This document shows, piece by piece, positions 35,770 to 48,100 of a stretch of DNA of 64,000 nt. Where the stretch lies: the NCBI GenBank assembly GCA_040954595.2, contig CM082585.2, forward strand, positions 5,357,808 to 5,421,807, given 5' to 3'. The notes under the pieces were generated by a model. It was not told where the DNA came from. It saw only the letters and a list, made by a program, of their open reading frames with translations, and made no database searches. The translations under genes were made by a program, and so were the position numbers. This DNA comes from Balanoglossus misakiensis (taxonomy: Eukaryota > Animalia > Hemichordata). Each line of letters begins with the position of its first letter. The first letter of the stretch is position 1.

Positions 35770-35967
35770 TTAAAGGTAATACAGTCACCCCCAATTTACA
35801 TACGCCCATATATGGCAGAAATGGCGTACTTGAGCGTTCTAAAGAACATATGGTGGCACTCTTTTTTCGGCGCGTGCCACCCACTGAAAATCTGTGATTG
35901 GCTATATAGATCTGATTTTGTCATGTTAACTATAGCTAATTTTCCATAGGTGACTGTATACCTTTAA
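35770..35967. mobile_element. TTAA-flanked MITE, family A (Kolobok/piggyBac-type target site)
   Basis: ttaaaggtaatacagtcacc ... ggtgactgtatacctttaa; related copies at 17042 and 48384. Confidence 0.8.
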
Positions 35968-36046
35968 CTCTAATATAAAGGGCAATGCGTATGGAAGATT
36001 CGTTGCAGAATTTCTTGTCATTAAGATGGGTAGAAGTGGTTGCAAA

Positions 36047-36416
36047 TTAAAGGGACAAATTCTCTCTCTCTCTCTCTCGCTGCCCTTTTTCCATTACTTA
36101 TATTTGATATACAAGGCACCGTTTATGTTATTCTACATGTGGATATATAGTGAATCAGTGTTTGACCACACACAACTTCCATCCCGTTTGTAGGATATGA
36201 GAGTAAAAGTCGCCCAAAATGAATAAATGGTAGAGACTGATTATTCATTTTGGCGAGTTTTTCATCCTTGTGTCTACAAGTGGCCATGGGATGGAGGGTG
36301 TGTGTGGTCGAACATTGATTCACTATATATCCACATGTAGAATAAAGTAAACGGTGTATTGTATCAAACATAAATAATGGAAAAAAGGCAGCGAGAGAGA
36401 GACTTTGTCCCTTTAA
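36047..36416. mobile_element. TTAA-flanked long foldback MITE, family C
   Basis: Imperfect inverted arms of about 135 bp (ttaaagggacaaa..tctctcgctgcc...ccacacaca / tgtgtgtgg...ggcagcgagagagagactttgtccctttaa); an isolated terminus of the same family lies at 202-243. Confidence 0.85.
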
Positions 36417-36616
36417 TAAGGTGATGTGTTGATTTTTGTGACGTCTATATCTCAACCCATTGTGTAAATATTTCTGTCAGAGGAAAACATTAGAAATTGC
36501 TGGTACAAAACTCCACCACCTTTCATAAGTAATACATACAACTTCAATTCACACCCGCCTACACGTTTCCATGACATCAAGTTAACCTTCCCACGCACTT
36601 GTTCCCGCTTTCTTAG

Positions 36617-37365
36617 TCGACTGCTAGGCTATATAGCTCCTATAACGTTGCGCGGTCCAATTGTGAGAAGCGCACGATATCTTCAGAGGAGGCAGAAAGC
36701 TTGCGCGGTGGTGAGTAGGTACAAATATGTTTTCTTCAAAGTTATTACCCCAGACTGTAATTTAACCCGGATTTTGAAATCTGCAACTTACTTTTCCCTC
36801 CTTTTTGTGGAAAAAAAATGAAATGTGTGACTAGTATTGATTTAGGTTCCAGAACAAGAAATTTGTAGGATCTCGCGTGCTCATAGGCAATTTATATGGG
36901 AGGACATTCGCCTGTGAAAAAGGACAAACAACACATGGCTCAGCGTATTAAACGGTACAAAAGTTCCAGTTTTTGCTAAACTCTGCAGTTATTCTGGTTG
37001 CACACAAAGATCAACTGGTTTTACTTGGCGAGCAAACCTATGCTACGGCAATTAACCAAGTCTCGCGAGATCTCGCAATTGGCGGAATATCATCGATACC
37101 ACCATCCTCCTTCTCGAGTCGCGCGTCTAAATGTGGACCTCGCTGGTCCTGCCATGTTATACATTCTATCCATTCCAGTGGCCGCTATTTTATACCAGAT
37201 AATGTCACCGCTATCCTACCGTTGCCATCAAATATCACATTTAATATCACACCGCCGTTTCGTCGTGAAACTCGCTTGCCAAGATCGGCTGCACCCAAAA
37301 GCGCAGCCAGAAGAGCGAATGGCGGTCGGAATTTGGGTATACTGCCATCCATCCACCGAGTTTAA
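36617..37365 (+). CDS. Candidate last two exons of an unidentified gene or pseudogene
   Basis: 36617-36710 (TTAG acceptor, GTGAGT donor; STARLYSSYNVARSNCEKRTISSEEAESLRG) splices in phase 1 to 36989-37365 (VILVAHKDQLVLLGEQ...ILPSIHRV-TAA). No start codon or homology was identified. Confidence 0.35.
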
Positions 37366-38797
37366 AACCTAAACTTTGTGTATGTGGGGGGGGGGGGGTA
37401 GGGTTGTCGATTTTGCTCACTCACACCATTGATTTGCCAGTTTTATGCGAGTGCGGAGTGTACCTCAATGGCACGAGATCGCACACCCCAGGTTCACTGT
37501 GGTGAAACCCCAAAATGCCTTGAAATGGCCACGGTATATATTTGTGTTTGGGGTGGGTTTAAGAAAACCGCCAAAGGTATATAATTATGAATTTATGAAT
37601 AATATTCAATCATTTCGGATTTTATATGGATGCATCCTGTAGATGCAACAGGATGATGTGTCGACTGTTCGGTACAATTAGCCATTGTCTGGGCCTGAGT
37701 CTGTCTGCCCGACAAAATCAGGCCTCTTAAATATCACGTCCGTACATGTTCAACAGGAAGACGACCAGTTAATTTCAGATGCCGCCATTTAAAGAGAAAT
37801 TAGGTTCATTCGCATTTAAATAGTAAGATTAAGACCATAATTATTTCGCCCAAAATAGCCAATTGTTAAAATATACTGATTGGCCCCATTTTCAAAGTGT
37901 CAGCGGTAGTCGACTGCCAATGAAATCTACTGTTCAAGAACGCTATAATATAGAGTTTCATTTAGACTGTGGTTCGGTGGAATCTTTCATGGATGTGAAC
38001 GGGTACGACCGGCCGACCACGAGTGTATAAACGTCGGGTTCCGTCGAGTCGTTCCGTCGAGTCGCGTGCAAGTTTACTGAGCCCGGCCGCCCTTGTGAAG
38101 CGCGTAGCGACACTGGTTATTCAGTTCAGTTGCCTGTTGGCTGTGCTGCGTCACGCTTGCCTACCTTCCTGATTCTGGAAACCGGTTAGAAACCCAAAGG
38201 GACGCCGGGGTGAGAGTGAACCAGTTGCAACTCAGACAAAAATACCAGTCTTTACAGATAATAACATAAGTGGAGATGATGATGTCAGTAAGAGGGCGAG
38301 TGGTATAATAGAAGATCTCAACTGAATTAAGATGCTTATCAAAATTCCCATTCGGGTGAACAGCGAACCGGGAAGGAAGTCGACAATGCCCACTCCGCAA
38401 ATTTGAAAATAAGCTGCTTTTGACGTCGGTTCAAAAAATGATATCTATCTTCTTCTTTTTTCGGTGAAGTTTATGTCGTTCTCTCTTAATGGAGTCGTCA
38501 CAGCCGGCCTTGGCAAAACAATCTTGTCTCCACTTCCGTGGGTGGGGTTTTGTGTAGTTTCGCGTAAGTTGTTTGTCGTCCATGACAACCAGGTCGTTTG
38601 GCCTCGTTAATTTTATTGCAGTTTAATGATGGGAAATTATCGATGATGTCATCCGGATTGCAAAACACGTTTTCTTTTGATACGGGGGTATTCGTCATTT
38701 CGTAAAAAATTTCTGGCATTTCCGTGTGAATGCCACGGATGGTACGGGTAACACGTGTCGTGACAGTTAACCTTAGTGTCTGTCGACTCCTTAAAGA

Positions 38798-39046
38798 TTA
38801 CGTCATTCAAAGTGCCCGACCGCCACTTTCGAAAGCATGCCCATTCACTCGCAGCACAAAAGAGTGCCAATTTTATGGCCTCTTGACGTCGGCTTCTCAA
38901 TCCCCGGCGGACACCTCCGTCGCTATTTAAAGCCTGTCCGCGCCGTGGTACGCGGAAATCATCGCTGTCTCATCATCATCATCACCGCCCGCCTGACCAC
39001 AGTGACAGTTCTCGTAGTCCACAGCGAGCGACACTTCTGCCGACAG
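38798..39046 (+). promoter_or_regulatory. Putative promoter and non-coding first exon of the cystine-knot gene
   Basis: CRE-like TTACGTCA (38798) and TGACGTCG (38884), TATA-like TATTTAAA (38924), then an ATG-free segment ending CAG|GTGAGT (donor at 39047) that can pair with the TTTCAG acceptor at 39948. Confidence 0.55.
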
Positions 39047-39408
39047 GTGAGTTTCGATTCACGTTCCGGAGTGATCACCCAATTCGCGTCGCGGCCATCA
39101 AAGTACGTGTACCGTCGTTTCAAAGCAGACCGTCGTATGATACCAACTTGAAGCAAATCCACTTTTATTTCATTCTTCGTTGGAAAATGGTTCATTTTAT
39201 TTGTAATATTATATGATGTCCCGAGCGGTTGTTACGAGATACCAACTATCGTGTCACGACATTTTTTTTTCTCTTTAAAATAACTTCGTTTTATTTCACT
39301 CTGAACATTTTCAACAACGACAAAAGGAAAAGAAAAAAATACAAGCGCAGACAAAAAAAACTTCAGTAAAAGATATCACGTCTTTTAAGCTCTTGTTTGA
39401 AAATCATT

Positions 39409-39600
39409 TCAGTATTTGATTCTTGGACGGATGCATAAACAACGGCATTTATGGATTGACCATTTCGCGATCAATACAATCAAATTAACCATATTATTGA
39501 CATTTACATCGACAAAAATACCTATGCCTTCAACAATCGTTTCCCAGGTGAAAAACAACAACATTTCGTTGATATAATACTTGTCACGACATAGCTGTTT
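39409..39600 (-). mobile_element. Degenerate 3' fragment of an L1/Tx1-type LINE ORF2
   Basis: The translation NLIVLIAKWSIHKCR...P resembles the conserved C-terminal motif of L1/Tx1 ORF2 proteins (recalled, not searched); it is followed on the minus strand by T-rich 3'UTR-like sequence. Confidence 0.45.
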
Positions 39601-39843
39601 GTACGGTAGTGTCCGTGCAGTAGCGATGGGGTCTGGTACCTCAGTCATTTGGAAATTTAAACGATCAACGAAAATAACAGTATATTTCCATATTCTGGCA
39701 TTTTCTTGTTTTCTCTTCCAGCTTAAGCTTGGTTTTCTTTATTTTTTGTTTGGTCCTCTTTTGTCCTGAGAATGTGAATATCTCCGAAAACAATATTTCT
39801 ATAGGAATCGCCCCCTTCTCTCTCTCTCTCTCTCTCTCCCCCT

Positions 39844-39877
<34 letters not shown>

Positions 39878-39957
39878 CACCACGTGTCATGCTAACACTT
39901 GCGGACACGCCAAACAACTGTCTGACACAAATTCTGTTTCAATTTCAGACAACATTC

Positions 39958-40940
39958 ATGACGCAAATTACTGCCACAGTTGGAGGAGGCTCGACAGACT
40001 CCATTCCGAAACCGGTTTCAATGCCCAACATCTATCTTCTGCTTGCCATGGCGTGTGTCATCTGTATGACGGCTCACTCCACCAGCGCCGAGGTTACCTG
40101 TGAACGACGCACGCATATGACCAAAGTTCTACTTTCGCCGGGCGTCAGAATGAGGGTTCCCATCGGACAGTGCGTGGTGTCGCAAACATACTACATCAGG
40201 TGATTTTAACGGAATTTACTTTGTGAAATGTGTCAATTTGTTTGATTGCTATGTTCACCAGTTCGCGCATAACTAACAAGTAAGATAGGGTATGCTAACC
40301 GCCGTTTACCTCGATTCACGGGCCTGTATACAATGTAAACTCTAAGGTGAAAGCGCTCTCATGTCCGTGCAGTTATGTACATGTACCTCGATTCACGGGC
40401 CTGTGTAAACTCTTAAGAGAAAAGCGCCCTCATGTCCGTGAAGTTTTTATCCTATCAAACCCCAAATACGGCCATCCGCGCACGACATGTATTTTCGTTC
40501 TCTGATTTCTTGGGGAGATAGATATGTCAACATTTTTTCCGCCATTTTTTCCTCCATACATTGCAGAAGATTTTTTTTCCTCCCGCACCATCTGCTCCCT
40601 GCCGACAGTATTTTTTCTCCAAAATTCCTACATCCACCCCCCTGGAAACCAAATGGTTCTTCCCTAGACACAGCTCGAGATGGCAACCTGTCTTTGAATG
40701 CTTTGATTGAGCCTCGCAAAAGGATAGCTGTATTTTCTGCTTTCCGTAGTCTAACGACGATCCCTTTTCCCATTTTCCTTCAGGTCTGATGTCTCAGGTG
40801 AAACTGAATCGGAGTACCAAGTGATCGGCGTGGACTGTTGCTGCGCAGTGACCAACTACAGACTGAAAACGGTCACCTTCCGCGGTATCACACGGTCATT
40901 TAAGGACATTCTGGAATGCGCGTGTCTACCGTGCGAATAA
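39958..40940 (+). CDS. Secreted divergent cystine-knot hormone-like protein (GPA2/bursicon-like), 2 coding exons
   Basis: Exons 39958 (or ATG 40021)-40199 and 40784-40940 join in phase 2 (AG|G). Protein from 40021 (111 aa): MPNIYLLLAMACVICMTAHSTSA-EVTCERRTHMTKVLLSPGVRMRVPIGQCVVSQTYYIRSDVSGETESEYQVIGVDCCCAVTNYRLKTVTFRGITRSFKDILECACLPCE. It has a signal peptide and a C...GxC...CC...CxCxxC pattern. Confidence 0.8.
40308..40445 (+). repeat. Imperfect ~70-bp tandem duplication in an intron
   Basis: acctcgattcacgggcctgt...aaagcgc.ctcatgtccgtg.agtt occurs twice. Confidence 0.85.
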
Positions 40941-41013
40941 ACTATGAACTCTCCTCTTTGGACAATTTAAATGTTGTGAAGAAAGGCAGAAGTCTTTCAA
41001 GTTGTTGTCAAGA

Positions 41014-41076
41014 TAGCCTGGTACCTAGCCGTATATTGGAAGCAAAGCGGACAAAATACGGCTATGTACTAGGCTA
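41014..41076. mobile_element. 63-bp TAG...CTA foldback element with 9-bp TSD (Academ/AcademH-like) in the 3' UTR
   Basis: tagcctggtacctagccgtat ... atacggctatgtactaggcta, flanked by ttgtcaaga / ttgccaaga. Confidence 0.7.
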
Positions 41077-41397
41077 TTGCCAAGATGAACGGGGCTGTGC
41101 AATCAGCCTATAAAGAAGCGACTGATATTTACATTGTAACATTCAAAATCATTTTGTTTCGTGCATGCTGTCCGTCCATTGCCAGCCCCAGGCCTTCTGT
41201 GCTTCTACATCATTTTAATCCTGGGGTGATTTATTTCAAGCTTAAGCTTGGCTTGAGGATGGCAAGTACATGTACATAGGTGAATGTCAGCATGTTTTTG
41301 TGTGTGATACGATTCAGTATGGTCGCCAGAGTTTTTCATGTCACTTCGATCAATTTCAAAGTAGCAGTTTGAACTAAGGCATTTGACTCATATGACA

Positions 41398-41614
<217 letters not shown>

Positions 41615-42132
41615 GCGATAAGGTAATTGTAATTTATAATAAATTATGATCGGTTTTTTTCAAAGAAAGCGAGTGTTGTATAACTGTAACTTTCATGATG
41701 TTAACTTAAACAGACGTGTCATTTTTTTTCAAGATCGAATATTCAAAATAAATCATCGGCTGTTCTGTTGTTGTTTACACCAGAAATGGCAAACAAGAAG
41801 AGATGAATGATAGTATTCTTGAATTTGACATGTATTTTGAATAAAAAAAATCTTGCGGAAAAGATAATAGTTTTCTATCTGGGATACCCCACACCCAGGC
41901 CCTACATGCAAATAAATAGACTTTACATTTTGTCTATGCTGGATCCAATCCCACCAAAGGCTGTGCTATGCATGGCCGGCCGTAAGGTCACGTTGACCTT
42001 TTTCGTACCGTGCATGTGTTGCAGAGCAAAGGTCATCATCCGGGTATTCGTTTCCCACAATTCCTTTCACTCTTCCTGCAGTCAACCGGGTCGATTCTAC
42101 CGCAGGTTCTGAAGCCCTCTGAAAATTCCGCA

Positions 42133-45100
42133 ATGGCTAGCGAAAAGGCGCCGAAGGGCCACTTGGACCACGATGAACCGTCATGTATGGATAAGGTTAG
42201 GGCGAACTGGGTGGCCTTCAAACTGTTCATGTGGAATTCGGAACAGAAAGCCTTCATGGGAAGAAACGCACGCAGTTGGGGTAAGTAACCGACCGACCGC
42301 ACAGTGCAGCGAGAGCCGGGTAATTTGCATAATGGACATGGCGTGGTTGTTGTACTACCAGTCCCATCTCGTTGTAGTCTTGAAGCTTTTCCGACGATAT
42401 CGGTGACTGTTTTGATAAAATCCATCCTTGTAAACGGAAAATAATTTCATAGCTTACAGATGTGTACCTGATAAGAGTACTAAAGTAACGTTTAAAGAGT
42501 TGTCTTTCAATCACAAGATGTTCGACACTCCCAGGCCAGCGCTCTAGTCAGCGTCATGTGGCTATGCTAGATCATTTAGATCCATCGGCTTCCTGTGACC
42601 GTGACAGTTAGTTTTATACTTGGAAAATTGGTACATAATTAATATACATGTACATGGTCATAGTGGAAAAGCATTTCCTTTAGCCAATACATACAGCAGT
42701 CTTTCTTGACACAATGGAACATTGCAACCCAGGATGTATCGCCAAGAAATGAAGCACGGGTATTTTTTTGTGAACAGTGAACTTTACACTCTGCCAGTAC
42801 GGCAAATTGGTACATGTAGTTACTAAGACAGCACTATTATTAGCCTAGGGAAATTGTCTTGAATTCACTCCCCTTCATTATAGGCCTTATTTACAATGTA
42901 GGTGTTAATATCAGGATGAAGAGTGTGAACTGGCCAGGAACTTTTCGACCAAAGTCACCATTGGTACAATTTTAGCCTATGGGGCTAAGTTAACATCATC
43001 ATGTAATAGGCCTGAGGCCTGAATGTGTTATTCCTGGTGCATTTTTCCTGAAATTTGAAATTGTTTGGCAAGGCAAACACCTTTTCTTCGAATTTGTTTA
43101 ATGTAATTGATGTCTGTTCCCATCTCCTTTACCATATCTTGAAATGTACAGATGTGGTATTTGTCCAAAATTGAATTGACCTACTTGCTTCTTCTGATCC
43201 CTGTTGAGATGCTTGTACATCTTGTAGTTCCTGTGTTGTTAAGAAAGTGCCATCATTGGATCCATGTCTTGGTGTTTGGTTTTTGTGATCTCTCGGTATT
43301 TTTTATGACTTTTTGAAGCCTGGTTGTTATGTTGAGCGCAACAGTCCACGAAGGTTTCAACATCAAGGAAGCCATTTTGCATGATCACTGGTCGGTATGG
43401 ATCAAGGCTAGAATTTCAACGATGTTTGGTTTCAGTTATTTTCTATGCATTAGTTGTTGTATTTCCATTGAAGCATTACTAGTTCATAAAATCAATTACC
43501 AGCTAGAGTTACATGTTTGTGCACAGGGTTTCCCTAAATCGGTTGACCTACAGGGGCCAAGGTCAAATCAAATTCATAAGAGATGGACTGGGTCACTCCA
43601 GGAAAAATGTAGGCACAGGAACTATGTACAGAATATATTCATCTTGCCTGGATGTGATATGATAGTTATTGATATGGAATTTTAAGAAAATCTGACAAAA
43701 ATAATCACTGGTGCAATATTGTTGAGAAAGATCAAGTAAAATGAGATTGCTCGGATGCCATTTTGATTTTTAGATGGACCTTGCTTTCTGAATCTATAAT
43801 CTCGAGGTGGTGCACATGTTTTGCTTGTAGAAAGTTGGAATGGTACAAAATTTGGAAATGAGATCCATGGGTAATTTCATATAGACTGAGAAGATCTAAA
43901 TTTGGCTATTTGCCAAAGAAATCCAGGATTCATTATGAGTGAAATACAACAATCAACATGAACATGTTTGTCTAAGCCCATGGCTACAAAGCATTACATG
44001 TACAACATTCCACCAGATGTATGGTGAAAATCATAAGGGAAACAAACCAGTTTATTGTCCAAAACCACAGAATGCCCAAATTTAGCGGAAATATTTCAGC
44101 AATCACACATGCACCCGTGTTTCTGTGAAAGAGTAGCTTTACATGTAGATGCCCGTGAGGCTTGTCTTTTTGTGACTCAAGTTCATCCTACACTCTCTGC
44201 AAAGTGATTACATAAAGCTGCAGGCCAATGCACATTTTGTGTGGTGTGTTTTGTGGTAATGCAGATTGTTATGGCTTTGACTCAATTAAAATATACAAAT
44301 TTTTCTTGAATAGATGATTTTCGGCTCATTACAAGATTTTGCGATGCTTGGTTTCGTTTGTACTTACATAGCAACAACAGTGAGTTTTTGTTAAACTGCA
44401 TGTATTTTAGTTGCATACAAAACCTGGCTTGTGTTACGTGGCTAGCCACAACCGTTGCTATGGTAATTTAACAAGTCTGGCATTGAGTGGAAAATCATCT
44501 ATTGCATGTATGCAATTATAATCATACGCAAGTCTGTCTTAAATTTGGTTCTGTGTCTTCAGAGGTCGGATCATTGTTGAAAATTGTGAGGTTAATTATG
44601 GCCGCTTTCTTGACAGGAACATGTTTGGTCGAATAGCATTCCAACAACCCATAATTTCATTTATATTGGGGGATTATTTTCATGCCACACTGCTGGGTGA
44701 AAGGTGGGCTGCACCACTGCAATACATGTATGCAATCAATCGATCACTCAGTATCAAGAATGTTGATTGCCTTAGGTAGCCCCATGTTATTTTCTACACT
44801 ACATTGCTTGAAATAGACATCTCATACACAGTTCAGATTGCATTGGTCAATCAGATATGGCTACTCTGAAAAGTACATCTGCATGTATAGACTAAGAAGG
44901 CATTAGGGTGAGATGGGAAGATAATCATTCTTAAACCTTCAAAGTGGTTTATCTTCAGTTCACGTCATCAGTCGCAGTGCGTTCTCGCTTTTTATACTTT
45001 AACCCTTTCACCCCCAGTTGCCACTTTAGTGATCCAACCTTACCATAGAAAACAATAGGTTTGGACTGAACCATTGGTGGTGAAATGGAATAAGATTCAC

Positions 45101-48100
45101 ATTTTCCAATGATTGGGGGAAATCCTGTGATGTTCTCTTTCCAAATTTGCCAGTCAGCAGAACGCTTACACGTGATTTCAGAAGGTCACCTTGGAACAGG
45201 CTTCATTGGTGTGTTTCCTGTAAAAAAACGGGTAACATGAAATCGAATGTTACGTTTACAAGGTCGAAACGACAGCGGTTTTAGGTGGACTGGTGATCAT
45301 CAATTTTTTTTATCTATATCACGTTTAATCTAATGAAGCCATGAGCAGACATTGTCATCAGACATGCATTGTGTTGAATGAAGAGAGACTGAATTAGAAG
45401 GTGGTTCATTCATTCGTTCATTCATTAGAGGCCACTGGTGTATTCTCAATTGCTTATAAATGTAATTTTCTGTAAATGAAATAAAAACCTTAGAATTACA
45501 TCGAAAAAAAATGTGTAAAATATTCGCATTTTGCTTAAAGCTTGAACTCTTGCATAATAATTAACAGTGTACATTTATTTCTGTACAGCACATATCTTAT
45601 TATCTTCAAATAATCAGCCCTCAATAAAACCATTTTATTAATAGTACACATATAAAGTGGGGCCCTTATCTTTATTCCTGTTATGGTCTTGAATATTTTG
45701 GTTGAAAATGTTGTCAAGGTCGACTCTCAAGACCTGAGTTTGGGGTCTTGCTGTTCCTGGTCCAGGGTTCTCCACGCTTTGAAAATTAAGAGGGACGGAT
45801 AATTTACATAATATTAGCATATCATTTGCATAAAATTAACATAATGTTTCTTTGTATTTGTGGAATGCACCAGAGTGACCATACGCCAGTGCTTTAAAAT
45901 TCTAAGGTACACGACCCCCCAGCCCAGGACTTTTTGCAAGTAACAACGAAATCTCGATGTCCCAAAATATTTTGCTCTAACTTCACAGAATTTCAAACAA
46001 AAGTCAAAGGAGTGACATTTTAAGATACAAAGGTATAAATATAAGTATGTAGACACACTGTCGAAAACACGGTCGCGCGCGTTCGACTGACCGCGACCGT
46101 GCGCGTACATCGCGTCCACAGCTCAATGCAGTTGGCTGGGTCCCCGATCGCGCGCGCGACCACCCGCTCTTGACATCGGCTCCAAAGTCGTTGTCACGGT
46201 CGGGATTACTAATGAATGGCCTTGATCGGTATAAAATTGTAGTCAATGAAACCCCCAAAAATCGTAATCATTGTTGAAGTCGCTGTCATGAAAATGTCCA
46301 GTGAAAAATTTGCTGTCTTCCGGGTTTACAAAGTGAAGGAAGGACGCATACTGTCAAAGGTCACGTCGATAACACGATCGTTTTTCTCTGGGCCGGTACT
46401 TTGAAATTGATCCGAATGTTTGAAACGGTTTCCATTTGCCATGCTAAGTGTCACTATGGTGCATGACAAAGTGTGAATGACCATTTTGTTCACGTCCACC
46501 CCCAAAAGACACTAGTAACACTATAAACCACAACGCGCGAGCTTTGTTTTCTACCGGGTAAAACAAAGGGGCGGTGTTGTCAAATGCAGGGGCGGCACAT
46601 ACGACAGAGGGGCGGCCGCAAAAAACAGAGGGGCGGGCCGCCCCTCAAAAAAACCCCGTGGAGAACCCTGTGGTCTGTTAACAAACCTGTGACCAGTGCA
46701 AACAGTTGCGACACCTGGAACTGTTGGTGGAATGGCATGGAAATATGACTTGTAAATAGTCGTGTGTGAAGGTGATTTATGGGGGGGTTTGCACAATAGC
46801 TGCACTTTGTACATGCTCTGTGTACACATGTCGATCTCAATTCATCAATGGCAGCTGACCCACGCTGCTGCCTGGCCACAGGTCAGAGGGCACTCGAGAT
46901 TTGCATTTAGAAACCCCATTGTTTGCAGATTGATTGCTGCGGCCTATTTAGAGAATGGACCGTGCCCTGATAGTGTCCGATAATGTAGTGGTCCCGGCTT
47001 CTGGCTTCTAGTTCTTCATGTGGTGGCTGAATACAGAATTACTGAATAGGCACTTCTGGGTCAAAATGTCTCAATTCTATCAGTTCTGTGTTACTGTAGC
47101 TTGTTGCATGGGCAAGTGCAGTTGTTTAGGATATACCGCTGTTCCTTCTAGGTAGATGTTGATTTGCGGGGATCCCATCACGAATAAACATCGAAATTTT
47201 GACATGATTTGCAGGGTTGAATCGATGGGGATCGTACCACGAAACCCTGGTTTGGATGTTTTGTTAGTATGTAAATTAGTCACGTCATGTGCATTCGTTC
47301 CAGTGAAAGTGTTTCAGAAAAATTGGTTTGAACTCTGACACACTCCGGGTCACTCCTGCAGGGAGCGGGTTCTAATCACTCGTACTCTATTCAATAAATT
47401 ATATATACATGTACCACTTGTATTGGTGTAAATTATACATTGTATGACACGTTGGTCCAGGTCGGTCATATTTGGTTAAGACTTGCGGAAGGACGTGGGC
47501 TTCCATTCATACAAGCACACGTGTTCGCTATTCATTGTTCCAGTAGATACCATTATAATTGCTAAATTTGCTTGACATTTCAAATGATGGGTGGTCTAAG
47601 CATTGCACTGTCAGTGTCCAAAACCCTGAATTGTTTTCCAGACCCTGCAATCAGAAAGCAGTTTGAATTTTTAAGTGTGTGTACACGTGGCACGATCACC
47701 CAACGATCTCATTCATGTTTCATTCGTACATGTTCTTTCATGACTGTGACATGAACATCAAAACTATCCATTCTGATTGCATGCTCTGTATTCTATCAGT
47801 AAAATTCCAAATTCCAAACCATGATTGTCCATTCAAAAAAATTACCTCTAAGGTTTCATGTTCATTTTATTTGCAAGCACTGTTGACAAATAATTCTGAA
47901 GACAATGAAAAATGAGAAAAAAATATTCCCTTAGTGTACTCAGTCTTTAGTTTCCCAGGTTGTCCTGCCCTAAACCTCTGTATCTAATCAAAAGCACAGT
48001 ATTTCTTCTAACATGTACGATAGTTCTCCACACATATATTTGACAGTGATTTACTGTTTGATGTGCTATCTTTTACCCAGTGTTTGTAATTTGATAAGCC

